Assembly: GCA_012026855.1 (NCBI GenBank)
Contig: VEOV01000011.1
Location: 1-37,014 of the forward strand
Direction of reading: 5' to 3'
Length of the DNA stretch: 37,014 nucleotides
Origin: Geobacter sp.
GTDB lineage: Bacteria > Desulfobacterota > Desulfuromonadia > Geobacterales > DSM-12255
Positions 9,465 to 17,582 of the stretch are shown one piece after another; positions within the stretch are counted from its first letter, which is position 1, and each line of letters opens with the position of its first letter. The translations under genes and the position numbers were made by a program. The notes below the pieces were generated by a model. The model searched no databases. It was not told the DNA's origin and worked only from the letters and a program-made list of their open reading frames with translations.

Positions 9465-10544
9465 ATGAGCGTCATGACTAACCAATACCCGGATTTGGAG
9501 TTTCATCCCGACCTGTCTGATTCAGCACTCAAACTGTCACTGCACAGGCTGCTACGCTCCGGCTCAATCATGGACAGCGCCCTGGAGCAAAGCTGCCGGC
9601 GCCTTTCCGCCAGCTACCGGCTACTCTGCAGCAACACCTCTGAGCCGCTCTGGGCCCCCTGGCTGCAGATAACCCCGGAACTGCGCCGTCAGTCGGAACT
9701 TTATCTACCCCTTGCAGCGATTACCCCCGTCATCCGCCGCCTGATTCGTCTCTCCTGTCGCTATGAGCCGTTTCTCACGGCATTGCCCCAATCATTCAGT
9801 CTTTCCTGGTATGATGCGTTATCATCTTTTCGTCCCATGCCTGTTTCAGCAGATCCAGGCGTACTGATCCGGAATATCGCCGCAGATGAATCCCTGAGAC
9901 AGAGCGTGCTCTCGGCCCTCCTTAATCCGGTCCGCTACGGAGGGGGCTTTGGACGCTACAGCGACCAAATGCAGTTTATCGCCAGGTGGTTGCAGGAACG
10001 GTTAAAAAATGACGCCACGCCACTGCGACTGCTTGATGCCGCCTGCGGCTCGGGAGAACAGTGCTATGAACTGGCTGCAGTGCTGCACGAAACCGCTGTC
10101 AGTGGGGAAAGGGCTCTGATTCATGGGGTCACGGTCGAACCTCTGGAACTGGTTACGGCGGCGCATGGCTGGTTCCCCCATGACAAGGGGCGTCAGGCTG
10201 AGTTCCATAACAGGGTAAAACCTTTGCTGAACATGGGCGCTGGCCGCTTGATCAGGTTCTTTGCCAAAGATATTGAAAAGCCCGGGTGGACAGACGAGAG
10301 CTACGATCTGATTGTCTGTAACGGTTTGATTGGCGGGCCGATACTGCATGACAGGAGGCGAATTGAGCAGGCTCTGCTATCTCTGCTCAGGAAATTGAAA
10401 AAAAAGGGGCTTTTACTGGTTGCAGACCGCTTTCACCACGGCTGGCACAGAAAAACCCCTCGCTCTGCTGTTGCAGACCTGCTTGTTAATGCCGGTCTGG
10501 TTTTCATTGACTGTAAGGATGGTCAGGCTTTTTTCAAGCCTTGA
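9465..10544 (+). CDS. CheR-like SAM-dependent methyltransferase with an uncharacterised N-terminal region
   Basis: LLDAACGSGEQCYELAAVL resembles the CheR motif (AGCSTGEEPYSLA). YDLIVCNGLIGGPILHD resembles the CheR post-I region (FDxIFCRNVLIYF). Start taken at ATG 9465 (MSVMTNQ) rather than TTG 9444. No chemotaxis genes are nearby. Confidence 0.7.
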   Translation: MSVMTNQYPDLEFHPDLSDSALKLSLHRLLRSGSIMDSALEQSCRRLSASYRLLCSNTSEPLWAPWLQITPELRRQSELYLPLAAITPVIRRLIRLSCRYEPFLTALPQSFSLSWYDALSSFRPMPVSADPGVLIRNIAADESLRQSVLSALLNPVRYGGGFGRYSDQMQFIARWLQERLKNDATPLRLLDAACGSGEQCYELAAVLHETAVSGERALIHGVTVEPLELVTAAHGWFPHDKGRQAEFHNRVKPLLNMGAGRLIRFFAKDIEKPGWTDESYDLIVCNGLIGGPILHDRRRIEQALLSLLRKLKKKGLLLVADRFHHGWHRKTPRSAVADLLVNAGLVFIDCKDGQAFFKP

Positions 10545-11514
10545 TAAGAATCCCGCCCCAGGAAAGACCGCCGCCGAAGCCAAGGATCAGCCCCAGGTCA
10601 CCCGGCTTGATTCTGCCACTCCTCCGGTTTTCATCCAGTACCAGACCGACCGAAGCTGCTGCCGTATTACCAAAGCGGTCAAGATTCAGCAGGAATCTGT
10701 CGGCGCTGATGCCAGTTTTCTTGGTGATATGGTCTATAATCCGCAGGTTGGCCTGGTGAGGAATGATGAAATCCAGGTCCGCCGGATTTATGCCGGCCTT
10801 GGCAGTAACCTCGGCAATAATTTTGGGAATAATGTCGGTAGCAAAGATAAAAACCTTTTTCCCCTCCATGAAGAAAAAGTTTTCCTTGTTGGCTATGGTC
10901 TCTGGCGTTCCCGGTTTGCGCGAGCCTGATGAAGGAGCCTGTATCAGCTCCCATCCTCTGCCGTCACTTTTGACAATGGTTTCGACAATGCCCTTCTTCT
11001 CGCTGGTTGCCCTGAAAATTACCGCACCGGCACCATCGCCAAAGAGTGGACATGACCCCTTGTCATCAAAATCCAGGATTTTTGAGTAGGTATCGGCACC
11101 GATCACCATGACGGTCCGGCACTTGCCGGATTTGATCAGGCTGTCGGCCGTGTCCATACCGAAGACCAGACTGCTGCAGACGGCATTCATGTCAAACCCG
11201 TAAGCATTGACCGCGCCGATGTTCTTCTGCACCATGCAGGCTGTTGCCGGCAGAGACATATCAGGTGTGGAGGTCGCCACAATGATGCAGTCCAACTCTG
11301 TTGCGGCCATACCTGCCGATTCAAGAGCACTCTTGGCCGCCGCCGTGGCCAGATCGGAAGTCGACTGGCCTTCTGCAACGAAGCGTCGCTCCTTTATGCC
11401 CGTTCTTGAGCGGATCCACTCGTCTGCGTCTTCTACAAGATAATCGAAAAAGCTGTTGGGGATCAATCTGTCGGCAATTCCGGACCCTGTTGCAACTAGC
11501 TCTGAGTAGAGCAT
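10534..11514 (-). CDS. fabH: 3-oxoacyl-ACP synthase III (KAS III)
   Basis: Catalytic triad contexts are present: Cys (DMNAVCSSLVFG), His (IIPHQANLRII) and Asn (FGNTAAASVGL). Start at ATG 11514 (MLYSELVATGSG) is preceded by GAGGAGG with a 6-nt spacer. The gene is not in a plsX-fabD-fabG-acpP context, so it is probably a paralog. Confidence 0.88.
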   Translation of the reverse strand: MLYSELVATGSGIADRLIPNSFFDYLVEDADEWIRSRTGIKERRFVAEGQSTSDLATAAAKSALESAGMAATELDCIIVATSTPDMSLPATACMVQKNIGAVNAYGFDMNAVCSSLVFGMDTADSLIKSGKCRTVMVIGADTYSKILDFDDKGSCPLFGDGAGAVIFRATSEKKGIVETIVKSDGRGWELIQAPSSGSRKPGTPETIANKENFFFMEGKKVFIFATDIIPKIIAEVTAKAGINPADLDFIIPHQANLRIIDHITKKTGISADRFLLNLDRFGNTAAASVGLVLDENRRSGRIKPGDLGLILGFGGGLSWGGILIKA

Positions 11515-11560
11515 CTGTTTCCTCCTCACATACGGATAAGGCAGTGATTGTACTTAGTTT

Positions 11561-11588
11561 TTATTACACATTAAAACCTGTAAGTCAA
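11561..11588 (-). promoter_or_regulatory. Candidate sigma70-type promoter for fabH
   Basis: On the minus strand: TTGACT (11588-11583), 16-nt spacer, TAATAA (11566-11561). It lies directly after the stop of the upstream membrane-protein gene. This is a motif match only. Confidence 0.3.
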
Positions 11589-11589
11589 A

Positions 11590-11934
11590 TTAAACATTAT
11601 CAACAGAGCTGCCACCATCACCTGCCGGCCTGGCAAACGCAGCATCTATAGCAGCAGCGCCCCAGATCATGGCAAAACCGGCAAGCAGCCAGCCAATTTC
11701 CGGCGAAGTCCTGTTTATTTCTTCAAGCAGCTGCAGAGCCTCACCAGTCCCCGAAATTCTGGCGGTAAGCAGAAACGAGCCCATTTTTTTCAGGACAATA
11801 AACACAGACCCAAGCAGAAAAAAATTAACCAAAACCAGGTAAATACCCCCTTTTACCTTGTCCCCCTTGTAGAGCTGACCGATTCCTGGCAATAAAAATG
11901 CGGAAAGCAGAAATGCCTTGAAGTTGACTTTCAA
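11590..11934 (-). CDS. Small membrane protein
   Basis: The 114-aa protein has hydrophobic helices (FLLSAFLLPGIGQLY, GIYLVLVNFFLLGSVFIVL, IGWLLAGFAMIWGAAAI). It carries a PGIGQLYxG motif common in small TM2-like membrane proteins. Function is unknown. Confidence 0.6.
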   Translation of the reverse strand: MKVNFKAFLLSAFLLPGIGQLYKGDKVKGGIYLVLVNFFLLGSVFIVLKKMGSFLLTARISGTGEALQLLEEINRTSPEIGWLLAGFAMIWGAAAIDAAFARPAGDGGSSVDNV

Positions 11935-12008
11935 TATGAAGCTCCTCTAAATTCATCTGTTGTAAATCTGCACCAGTGTGATAATAATTTATATTCAGGT
12001 GAGGGGCA

Positions 12009-12575
12009 ATGTCAAAGCGCAAAGAGATACTCATTCAACTTCTCAAGGACAGTGACAGCGATGTCAGTGCCGCTGCAGCAGCTGCACTCGAAGTGCTTGA
12101 GAGCGTTCAGGGAATTAATGAGATTCTTGAGCAGCTCAAGAGTGGGGAGCTGGCAGAAAAGGTACGTGCTATCTATGCACTGGGAGAAGCAGGTGGCGAA
12201 AAAGTCCTGAAACCGCTCGTCTACTGTGCTTCAAGACCAGAGGTTGAGCTTAAGGGAGCGGCCATTGATGCTCTCGGCCGGGTAGCCCACCGATCAACTA
12301 TCCCAATTCTGCTCGACAAGCTGAAAGATGACAATTCCGGTATCAGAGCCAGAGCCATTAAGGCGCTTGGCGCCTTCAGGGACAGCTCTCTAAACAACTC
12401 TCTACTGCAGTTTCTGGATGCAGGCGATGGCCTGACGGATGTTGAAGCCGCTCTTGCCCTGGCGGCAAGTGGCGATCCTGCCCTCGAAGAGCCCCTGATA
12501 AGACTGGCCGCTTCTCCCATAGCCGCTGCCAGGGCGGCTGCAGCCACTGCGTTGGCAATGCTCAGGCCAGCTTGA
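12009..12575 (+). CDS. HEAT-repeat (PBS-lyase-type) protein, 188 aa
   Basis: Repeated units of the type D.d..VR..A..ALG.....a...L are present: VRAIYALGEAGGEKVLKPLV, LKGAAIDALGRVAHRSTIPILLDKLKDDNSGIRARAIKALGAF. The 3' end overlaps the convergent HD-GYP gene by 14 nt. Confidence 0.8.
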   Translation: MSKRKEILIQLLKDSDSDVSAAAAAALEVLESVQGINEILEQLKSGELAEKVRAIYALGEAGGEKVLKPLVYCASRPEVELKGAAIDALGRVAHRSTIPILLDKLKDDNSGIRARAIKALGAFRDSSLNNSLLQFLDAGDGLTDVEAALALAASGDPALEEPLIRLAASPIAAARAAAATALAMLRPA

Positions 12576-13935
12576 AGTAATCCCCCACTTCAATCCCCTT
12601 TTTAAGAGGATCGACAACTCCGACAATTGTCTGCGTGCCACCACCCCGCTCAAGAAGCTTCTCGGTCACAGGTTTTGCGACCTTCACCCCGTCAGAATCA
12701 AAAATAACCATTACCAGCGGCGCATCCGGATTTATACTGCTTGATTTCCAGACAAGAGCAATTTCGTTCGTATTGAGCCGCACAAGTGTCCCTGGAGGAT
12801 ATTTGCCCATCATTGTGGCAAAACTTTTGACCAGGTCTGGGTCCAGGAATTCCCCTGCCAGTTCCTTCATCCTGCTGATGGCTGTGGCAGGAGGCATCGG
12901 CTGCTGATACACCCTGAGGGTCGTACAGGCATCGAAGCAGTCGGCTATGGCAATTATCCTGCTCATCACCCCCACGTCACGATTCTGCGCCCACTCAGGA
13001 TAACCTTTTTTATTGTAGCGCAGATGGTGCCCCAGCACGGCATTGGCAACGTCCGGTGAAAGGCCGGCCATTTTATCAATTATCTTCACACCGTCTTCGG
13101 GATGCTTCTTTATTTCATCAAACTCGACGGATGTAAGTTTTCCAGGTTTGTTGATGATCGACTTTGAAACCATGGTCTTGCCGATGTCATGGAGAAACCC
13201 TGCCATGCCGGCAATCTCCACCGTCTGTTTGTCAAACTTGAGATGGGCGGCCAGAGCCATTGCGATGACGCCAACGTTGACACTGTGGTTGAATGTGTAA
13301 TTGTCATAATCCTTGATCATTGCCAGTGAAGAAATAACCAGAGGATCCTGGACCGCAATTTCGCTAAATTGCCTGGTTGCTGCCAGGAGTCTCTCACTTG
13401 AAGGGATCCTATGCTCTTCGATATCGGAGAAGGCGGTTCTGATGGATTCCAGCGCAACCTGGTAAGCATTACCAGCTTCGTGAATCAGCCTCTCTTCGTT
13501 GTCCTCCTCGGAAATCACCATGATGTGTGAGATGCCATTATCCTCAAGAGTTGCTATTAATGCTTGCGTAGAGAGCGTTCTGTCGGCAAAGAGCTTTGCA
13601 AGGGTGAATATCTCTTCAGCACCAACACCCTGAGTAATGATGACCGCGTCTATTTTTCTGGAGGCAAAGATGTTTGCCAGCTCCTCAACAGGGGCTGGGG
13701 CTGTAACAAAGAGATGCTCCTCAACAAAAAGAATTTCGTCCGAAAGACCGATTCTGATTGAGCCGGTCCCTTTCAGATATGCCGTAATCATCCCGTGCAG
13801 ATCATTAAGCGGGCGCGTCAAGGCCGGATTCCCAGGTGGATAGAGTGTAGTACTCCTGATTAGACCGGCAAAAATTGATGCCAGTCTCTGGGCAACTGCC
13901 ATAGTCAGATTCTGTTTCAAGCTGTCTGTTGTCAT
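12562..13935 (-). CDS. HD-GYP domain protein (putative c-di-GMP phosphodiesterase) with an uncharacterised N-terminal module
   Basis: HD motif (GFLHDIGK), HHxR (GHHLRYN) and GYP (KKGYPEW) are present. The C-terminal tail (KYPPGTLVRLNTNEIALV) is common in HD-GYP proteins. The start overlaps the upstream HEAT gene stop as ATGA (13932-13935). Confidence 0.88.
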   Translation of the reverse strand: MTTDSLKQNLTMAVAQRLASIFAGLIRSTTLYPPGNPALTRPLNDLHGMITAYLKGTGSIRIGLSDEILFVEEHLFVTAPAPVEELANIFASRKIDAVIITQGVGAEEIFTLAKLFADRTLSTQALIATLEDNGISHIMVISEEDNEERLIHEAGNAYQVALESIRTAFSDIEEHRIPSSERLLAATRQFSEIAVQDPLVISSLAMIKDYDNYTFNHSVNVGVIAMALAAHLKFDKQTVEIAGMAGFLHDIGKTMVSKSIINKPGKLTSVEFDEIKKHPEDGVKIIDKMAGLSPDVANAVLGHHLRYNKKGYPEWAQNRDVGVMSRIIAIADCFDACTTLRVYQQPMPPATAISRMKELAGEFLDPDLVKSFATMMGKYPPGTLVRLNTNEIALVWKSSSINPDAPLVMVIFDSDGVKVAKPVTEKLLERGGGTQTIVGVVDPLKKGIEVGDYFKLA

Positions 13936-15521
13936 TTCACTACCCGTTCGAGATTGTCTGCGGCATCAGCGCAGGCCTCTCCCAGTGTGTTGCCCGAACC
14001 CGCCAGCCGCTTCAGAAGAGGCAGTGCCGTCTCGTCCCCCATCTGACCGAGTGCAGTGGCAGCAGCAACCTTCAGTTCTGCCCAGCGCCGCGGTGCCAAC
14101 CAACCTCGTGTTACGAGTATATCCATCAGCACAGCTGTCGCCTGTCTGTTCCCTATCCTGCCCAGTGCGGCAATGGCAAGCTTTTTCAGGTGCATGTTTT
14201 TCAGAAATGTGTCGGAAGCCAGCACGATCGCCATAAGAGGTTTTACCGCCAAGTGCGATCTCATGGCTCCAAGGGAATAAACAGCCTGTCTGACCACCTC
14301 CGGATCGCTGTCACCAAGCAGCTCGATGACAGAGCTTTCAGCCCCCTGTGGACTGATTTTAAGAAGAGACTTGACCACCTCTTTTCTTACCTTCGTTTCC
14401 GGATGCCAAATAGCCTGCTGAAGCGGTTTCAAGGCACTAATTGAAGCAATTTCGCCAAGAATGGTTACCATGTTCCTGACAACGTACCAGCGCTCATCCT
14501 TCAGCATCGACACAATCGCAGGGACTGCGGCCTCCCCGGCTCTCGTCAACGCATTGGCGACAAATTTACGCATACGCAGCGATTCAGCTACACAGAGTCG
14601 CTGAATAAGTGGATAGGCCAGAGTTTTCCCGATCGTAGTACATAGATTATCGACAAGGTCACTCAACTCATCGCTTCTCTGCTCCAGATTATCAAGCAGG
14701 TAATTTGTAACACCAGCATCGGTTATCTGCTCAAGCACATATCGAGTATACTCTTTCTCTGCCGGGCTTCTTTCCGGGGAAGAGTACTCCTGCAACAGAA
14801 TCTCGAGTGCTTGCGGAAGCGGCCCGAAAAACTCCTTAGCCTTAAGCCGCTCGACGCAATCCATTATTTCCCTGGCAAGCTCCAGATACTCGGTTTCATC
14901 AACGGAAGATTTGAGCCTGCTGAGAAGTGGCTCCAGGCTTTTCTCCTCTGGAGTAAGCTGCATAGCACTACCTGAAGAGCTGCCATCCTCCCCTTCGCTG
15001 CCTGCTTCGCCAGGCACACCGGTCTCTTCCTCGGCGCCTTCATGTTGCTTCTGTTTCAAAAGCTCCAGATCAACTTCATTGACACCGATTGAAGAAATAC
15101 CGGCACGGCTGACAGCCTTCTCGATACCGCCGGATGACAGCACTTCCGAAGCGTCGGCAGTCAATATCGTAAGAAATGCCTTGAGCTCTCGCACCGAAAG
15201 TTCCGGCAGGATGATAAGGCGCTGAAGTTTGCGCGTCAGCATCTCCCTCGCCAAAGCCTTGGCAGTGGATGAAGTGCTTCTGAGACCGGCTTCAGGAGCG
15301 GTACAGGCATCCCTGCTCCAGAGTAGTATCAGCTCCCTCTTCTGCAACATCGGCTTGAGCAGTGCATATGCTGAAGTAATTGCCTCGTCACGTTGTGGAT
15401 GATCCGGGGGATAAAAATTCAGTGCTTTCTGTGCCTTGGCAAGAGCATTCAAAGCGGCATCCAGCTGAAGATTCTGATCCTGGCTGCTGATTGAACGAGT
15501 ATTTTCATCAGGTTCTGGCAT
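13932..15521 (-). CDS. Large HEAT-repeat protein, 529 aa
   Basis: The C-terminal half contains multiple HEAT/PBS-lyase-like repeats: RKFVANALTRAGEAAVPAIVSMLKDERWYVVRNMVTILGEI, KVRKEVVKSLLKI, DPEVVRQAVYSLGAM, LAIAALGRIG, KVAAATALGQMGDETALPLL. An acidic linker (EGAEEETGVPGEAGSEGEDGSS) is present. GGAG lies 5 nt before the ATG. Confidence 0.85.
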   Translation of the reverse strand: MPEPDENTRSISSQDQNLQLDAALNALAKAQKALNFYPPDHPQRDEAITSAYALLKPMLQKRELILLWSRDACTAPEAGLRSTSSTAKALAREMLTRKLQRLIILPELSVRELKAFLTILTADASEVLSSGGIEKAVSRAGISSIGVNEVDLELLKQKQHEGAEEETGVPGEAGSEGEDGSSSGSAMQLTPEEKSLEPLLSRLKSSVDETEYLELAREIMDCVERLKAKEFFGPLPQALEILLQEYSSPERSPAEKEYTRYVLEQITDAGVTNYLLDNLEQRSDELSDLVDNLCTTIGKTLAYPLIQRLCVAESLRMRKFVANALTRAGEAAVPAIVSMLKDERWYVVRNMVTILGEIASISALKPLQQAIWHPETKVRKEVVKSLLKISPQGAESSVIELLGDSDPEVVRQAVYSLGAMRSHLAVKPLMAIVLASDTFLKNMHLKKLAIAALGRIGNRQATAVLMDILVTRGWLAPRRWAELKVAAATALGQMGDETALPLLKRLAGSGNTLGEACADAADNLERVVK

Positions 15522-15619
15522 AGCGACTCCAAAGCATTAAAAAACGTCTTTCTTATCCTATCCAAAATCAACACTTTTGCAAGCTTTAACGGGAATGGCG
15601 TCCCGACGGCGATGTCCTG

Positions 15620-15648
15620 TTGACACTGCAATGCCCGCGGCATAAGAT
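15620..15648 (+). promoter_or_regulatory. Candidate sigma70 promoter for radA
   Basis: TTGACA (15620-15625), 17-nt spacer, TAAGAT (15643-15648). The predicted start site is about 12-20 nt before the radA start. Confidence 0.5.
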
Positions 15649-15666
15649 TCAATAAAACGCTTAAAG

Positions 15667-17019
15667 GTGGCTGAATTGAAGAAAAAGTCTTTTTTTGCAT
15701 GCCAGAAATGTGGCTGCCAGTCACCCAAATGGCTGGGCAAGTGTCCTGACTGCGGCGAATGGAACACCATGGCAGAAGAGCAGGAGATCTCTTCGACAAG
15801 ACTCCTGTCCGGAGAAGCTGCCAAACCGGTACCGCTCTCCATGGTAAAGCGTGATATCCAGAACCGCAGTTCATGCGGCATATCCGAATTTGACCGGGTT
15901 CTGGGCGGCGGCCTGGTCGAAGGTTCCATGGTGCTTATCGGCGGAGATCCAGGCATTGGTAAATCCACGCTCCTGTTGCAAGCATCTGCCCATCTCGCTT
16001 CAAATGGCGGCAAAGTCCTTTATGTATCCGCGGAAGAGTCGGTGGAACAGATCAAACTACGGGCAATGCGCATGGGGATCACTTCGGACAACCTTTACCT
16101 GCTCGGGGAAACCAATATCGAGCGGATCGCCGCACAAATCGCCGAACTGAAGCCAGTCGCCGCAGTGATCGACTCCATCCAGACCGTCTTCACATCCACT
16201 ATCGAATCTGCGCCAGGCAGTGTCAGCCAGGTAAGAGAGTCTGCGGGACGACTGATGCTGACGGCCAAGGGGGGTAAAATCCCGCTGTTTCTGGTCGGCC
16301 ATGTCACCAAGGACGGCTCTCTGGCCGGCCCCCGCGTACTGGAGCATCTTGTTGACACTGTTCTCTATTTTGAAGGTGATTCAGGACACTCATTCAGAAT
16401 TCTGCGGGCAGTAAAAAACAGATTTGGCTCGACCAATGAAATCGGTGTCTTTGAAATGAAAGATACCGGTCTCTCCCCGGTTGCCAACCCATCGGAACTG
16501 TTCCTCGCAGAGAGACCGCTAGGGGTTTCCGGCTCGATAGTCGTTTCTGCCCTGGAGGGGACAAGGCCTCTTCTGGTCGAACTTCAGGCGCTTGTTTCCG
16601 CAACATCATTCGGCAACCCTCGCCGTACAACCATCGGTGTTGATCACAACCGGCTTGCACTTCTGGTGGCAGTGCTTGAGAAAAAGGTCGGCCTGCATCT
16701 GTCAGGACACGATATTTTCCTCAATGCAGCCGGCGGTGTAAGATTGAACGAACCCGCTGCAGACCTGGGAATGGTTATGGCGGTTGCCTCCAGCCACCTT
16801 GACAAACCTATTGATCCACAAACGCTTTTTCTCGGCGAAGTGGGTCTCTCAGGAGAAGTAAGGGCTGTAAGCCAGCCGGAGATACGGATCAGGGAAGCGG
16901 TCAAACTCGGCTTTACCAGATGCATCCTCCCTTACGGCAGCTTGAAACAGGTGAAAGTCAAAGGAATCGAGCTTGTCGGCGTAAAAAAAGTGGATGAAGC
17001 ACTTGCTGCGGCACTCTGA
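15667..17019 (+). CDS. radA: DNA repair protein RadA/Sms
   Basis: N-terminal Zn finger (CQKCGCQSPKWLGKCPDCGEW), Walker A (GGDPGIGKSTLLLQ), the KNRFG motif (RAVKNRFGSTNE) and a Lon-protease-like C-terminal domain are present. GTG 15667 is the listed start. TTG 15676, 5 nt after AAAGGTGG, is an alternative. Confidence 0.95.
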   Translation: MAELKKKSFFACQKCGCQSPKWLGKCPDCGEWNTMAEEQEISSTRLLSGEAAKPVPLSMVKRDIQNRSSCGISEFDRVLGGGLVEGSMVLIGGDPGIGKSTLLLQASAHLASNGGKVLYVSAEESVEQIKLRAMRMGITSDNLYLLGETNIERIAAQIAELKPVAAVIDSIQTVFTSTIESAPGSVSQVRESAGRLMLTAKGGKIPLFLVGHVTKDGSLAGPRVLEHLVDTVLYFEGDSGHSFRILRAVKNRFGSTNEIGVFEMKDTGLSPVANPSELFLAERPLGVSGSIVVSALEGTRPLLVELQALVSATSFGNPRRTTIGVDHNRLALLVAVLEKKVGLHLSGHDIFLNAAGGVRLNEPAADLGMVMAVASSHLDKPIDPQTLFLGEVGLSGEVRAVSQPEIRIREAVKLGFTRCILPYGSLKQVKVKGIELVGVKKVDEALAAAL

Positions 17020-17098
17020 AAAGTGCAGTAGAAAAAAGACTTTACTTGCATGCGAAAATATTTTTTAATATGGGCTTATATTCAGGAGGCCACCTGCC

Positions 17099-17455
17099 AT
17101 GAATCAGGATAAAATAGAGTACTTCAGACAGGTTTTACACGATGAGATGCGCAATCTTCTCGGTGAAGCCGGCAAAACAGTCTCCGAGATGACCGCAGAC
17201 AATGTCAATTTCCCGGATCCTACTGACAGGGCTACTCAGGAATCTGACCGGAATTTCGAACTGCGCATTCGCGACCGCGAGCGAAAACTGATCAACAAGA
17301 TCAAGGAGGCTCTGGAGCGAATTGACCAGGGCGAATTCGGTGTCTGTGAGCTCTGCGGCGAAGAGATCAGTGAAGGCCGACTGAAGGCCAGACCCGTCAC
17401 CACACTCTGTATCGACTGCAAGATTGAAGAGGAACGCAAGGAGAAACACCACTGA
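17099..17455 (+). CDS. dksA: DksA/TraR-family RNA polymerase-binding zinc-finger protein
   Basis: The 118-aa protein has a coiled-coil region with an acidic tip (DPTDRATQESD). It has a C4 zinc finger (CELCGEEISEGRLKARPVTTLCIDCK). GGAGG lies 9 nt upstream. Confidence 0.9.
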   Translation: MNQDKIEYFRQVLHDEMRNLLGEAGKTVSEMTADNVNFPDPTDRATQESDRNFELRIRDRERKLINKIKEALERIDQGEFGVCELCGEEISEGRLKARPVTTLCIDCKIEEERKEKHH

Positions 17456-17582
17456 TTTTTTCCAGCGTCTTGACCCGCTCCGGAGAGACGATGAAATTAC
17501 CCGCTTCTCAGGAAATCATCCTGTTGCACCCTTCTGGCATTTTGCCCCCTTTTCCTATGCGCTGCTTCAGCTGCGCCCCCCC

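Noticed and set aside
17424-17582. Upstream extension of the GAF histidine kinase ORF (listed start 17424)
   Set aside because: The extension overlaps the dksA 3' end and encodes a basic, Pro/Phe-rich stretch with no domain character. The first in-frame ATG after dksA (17583) gives a sensible N-terminus.
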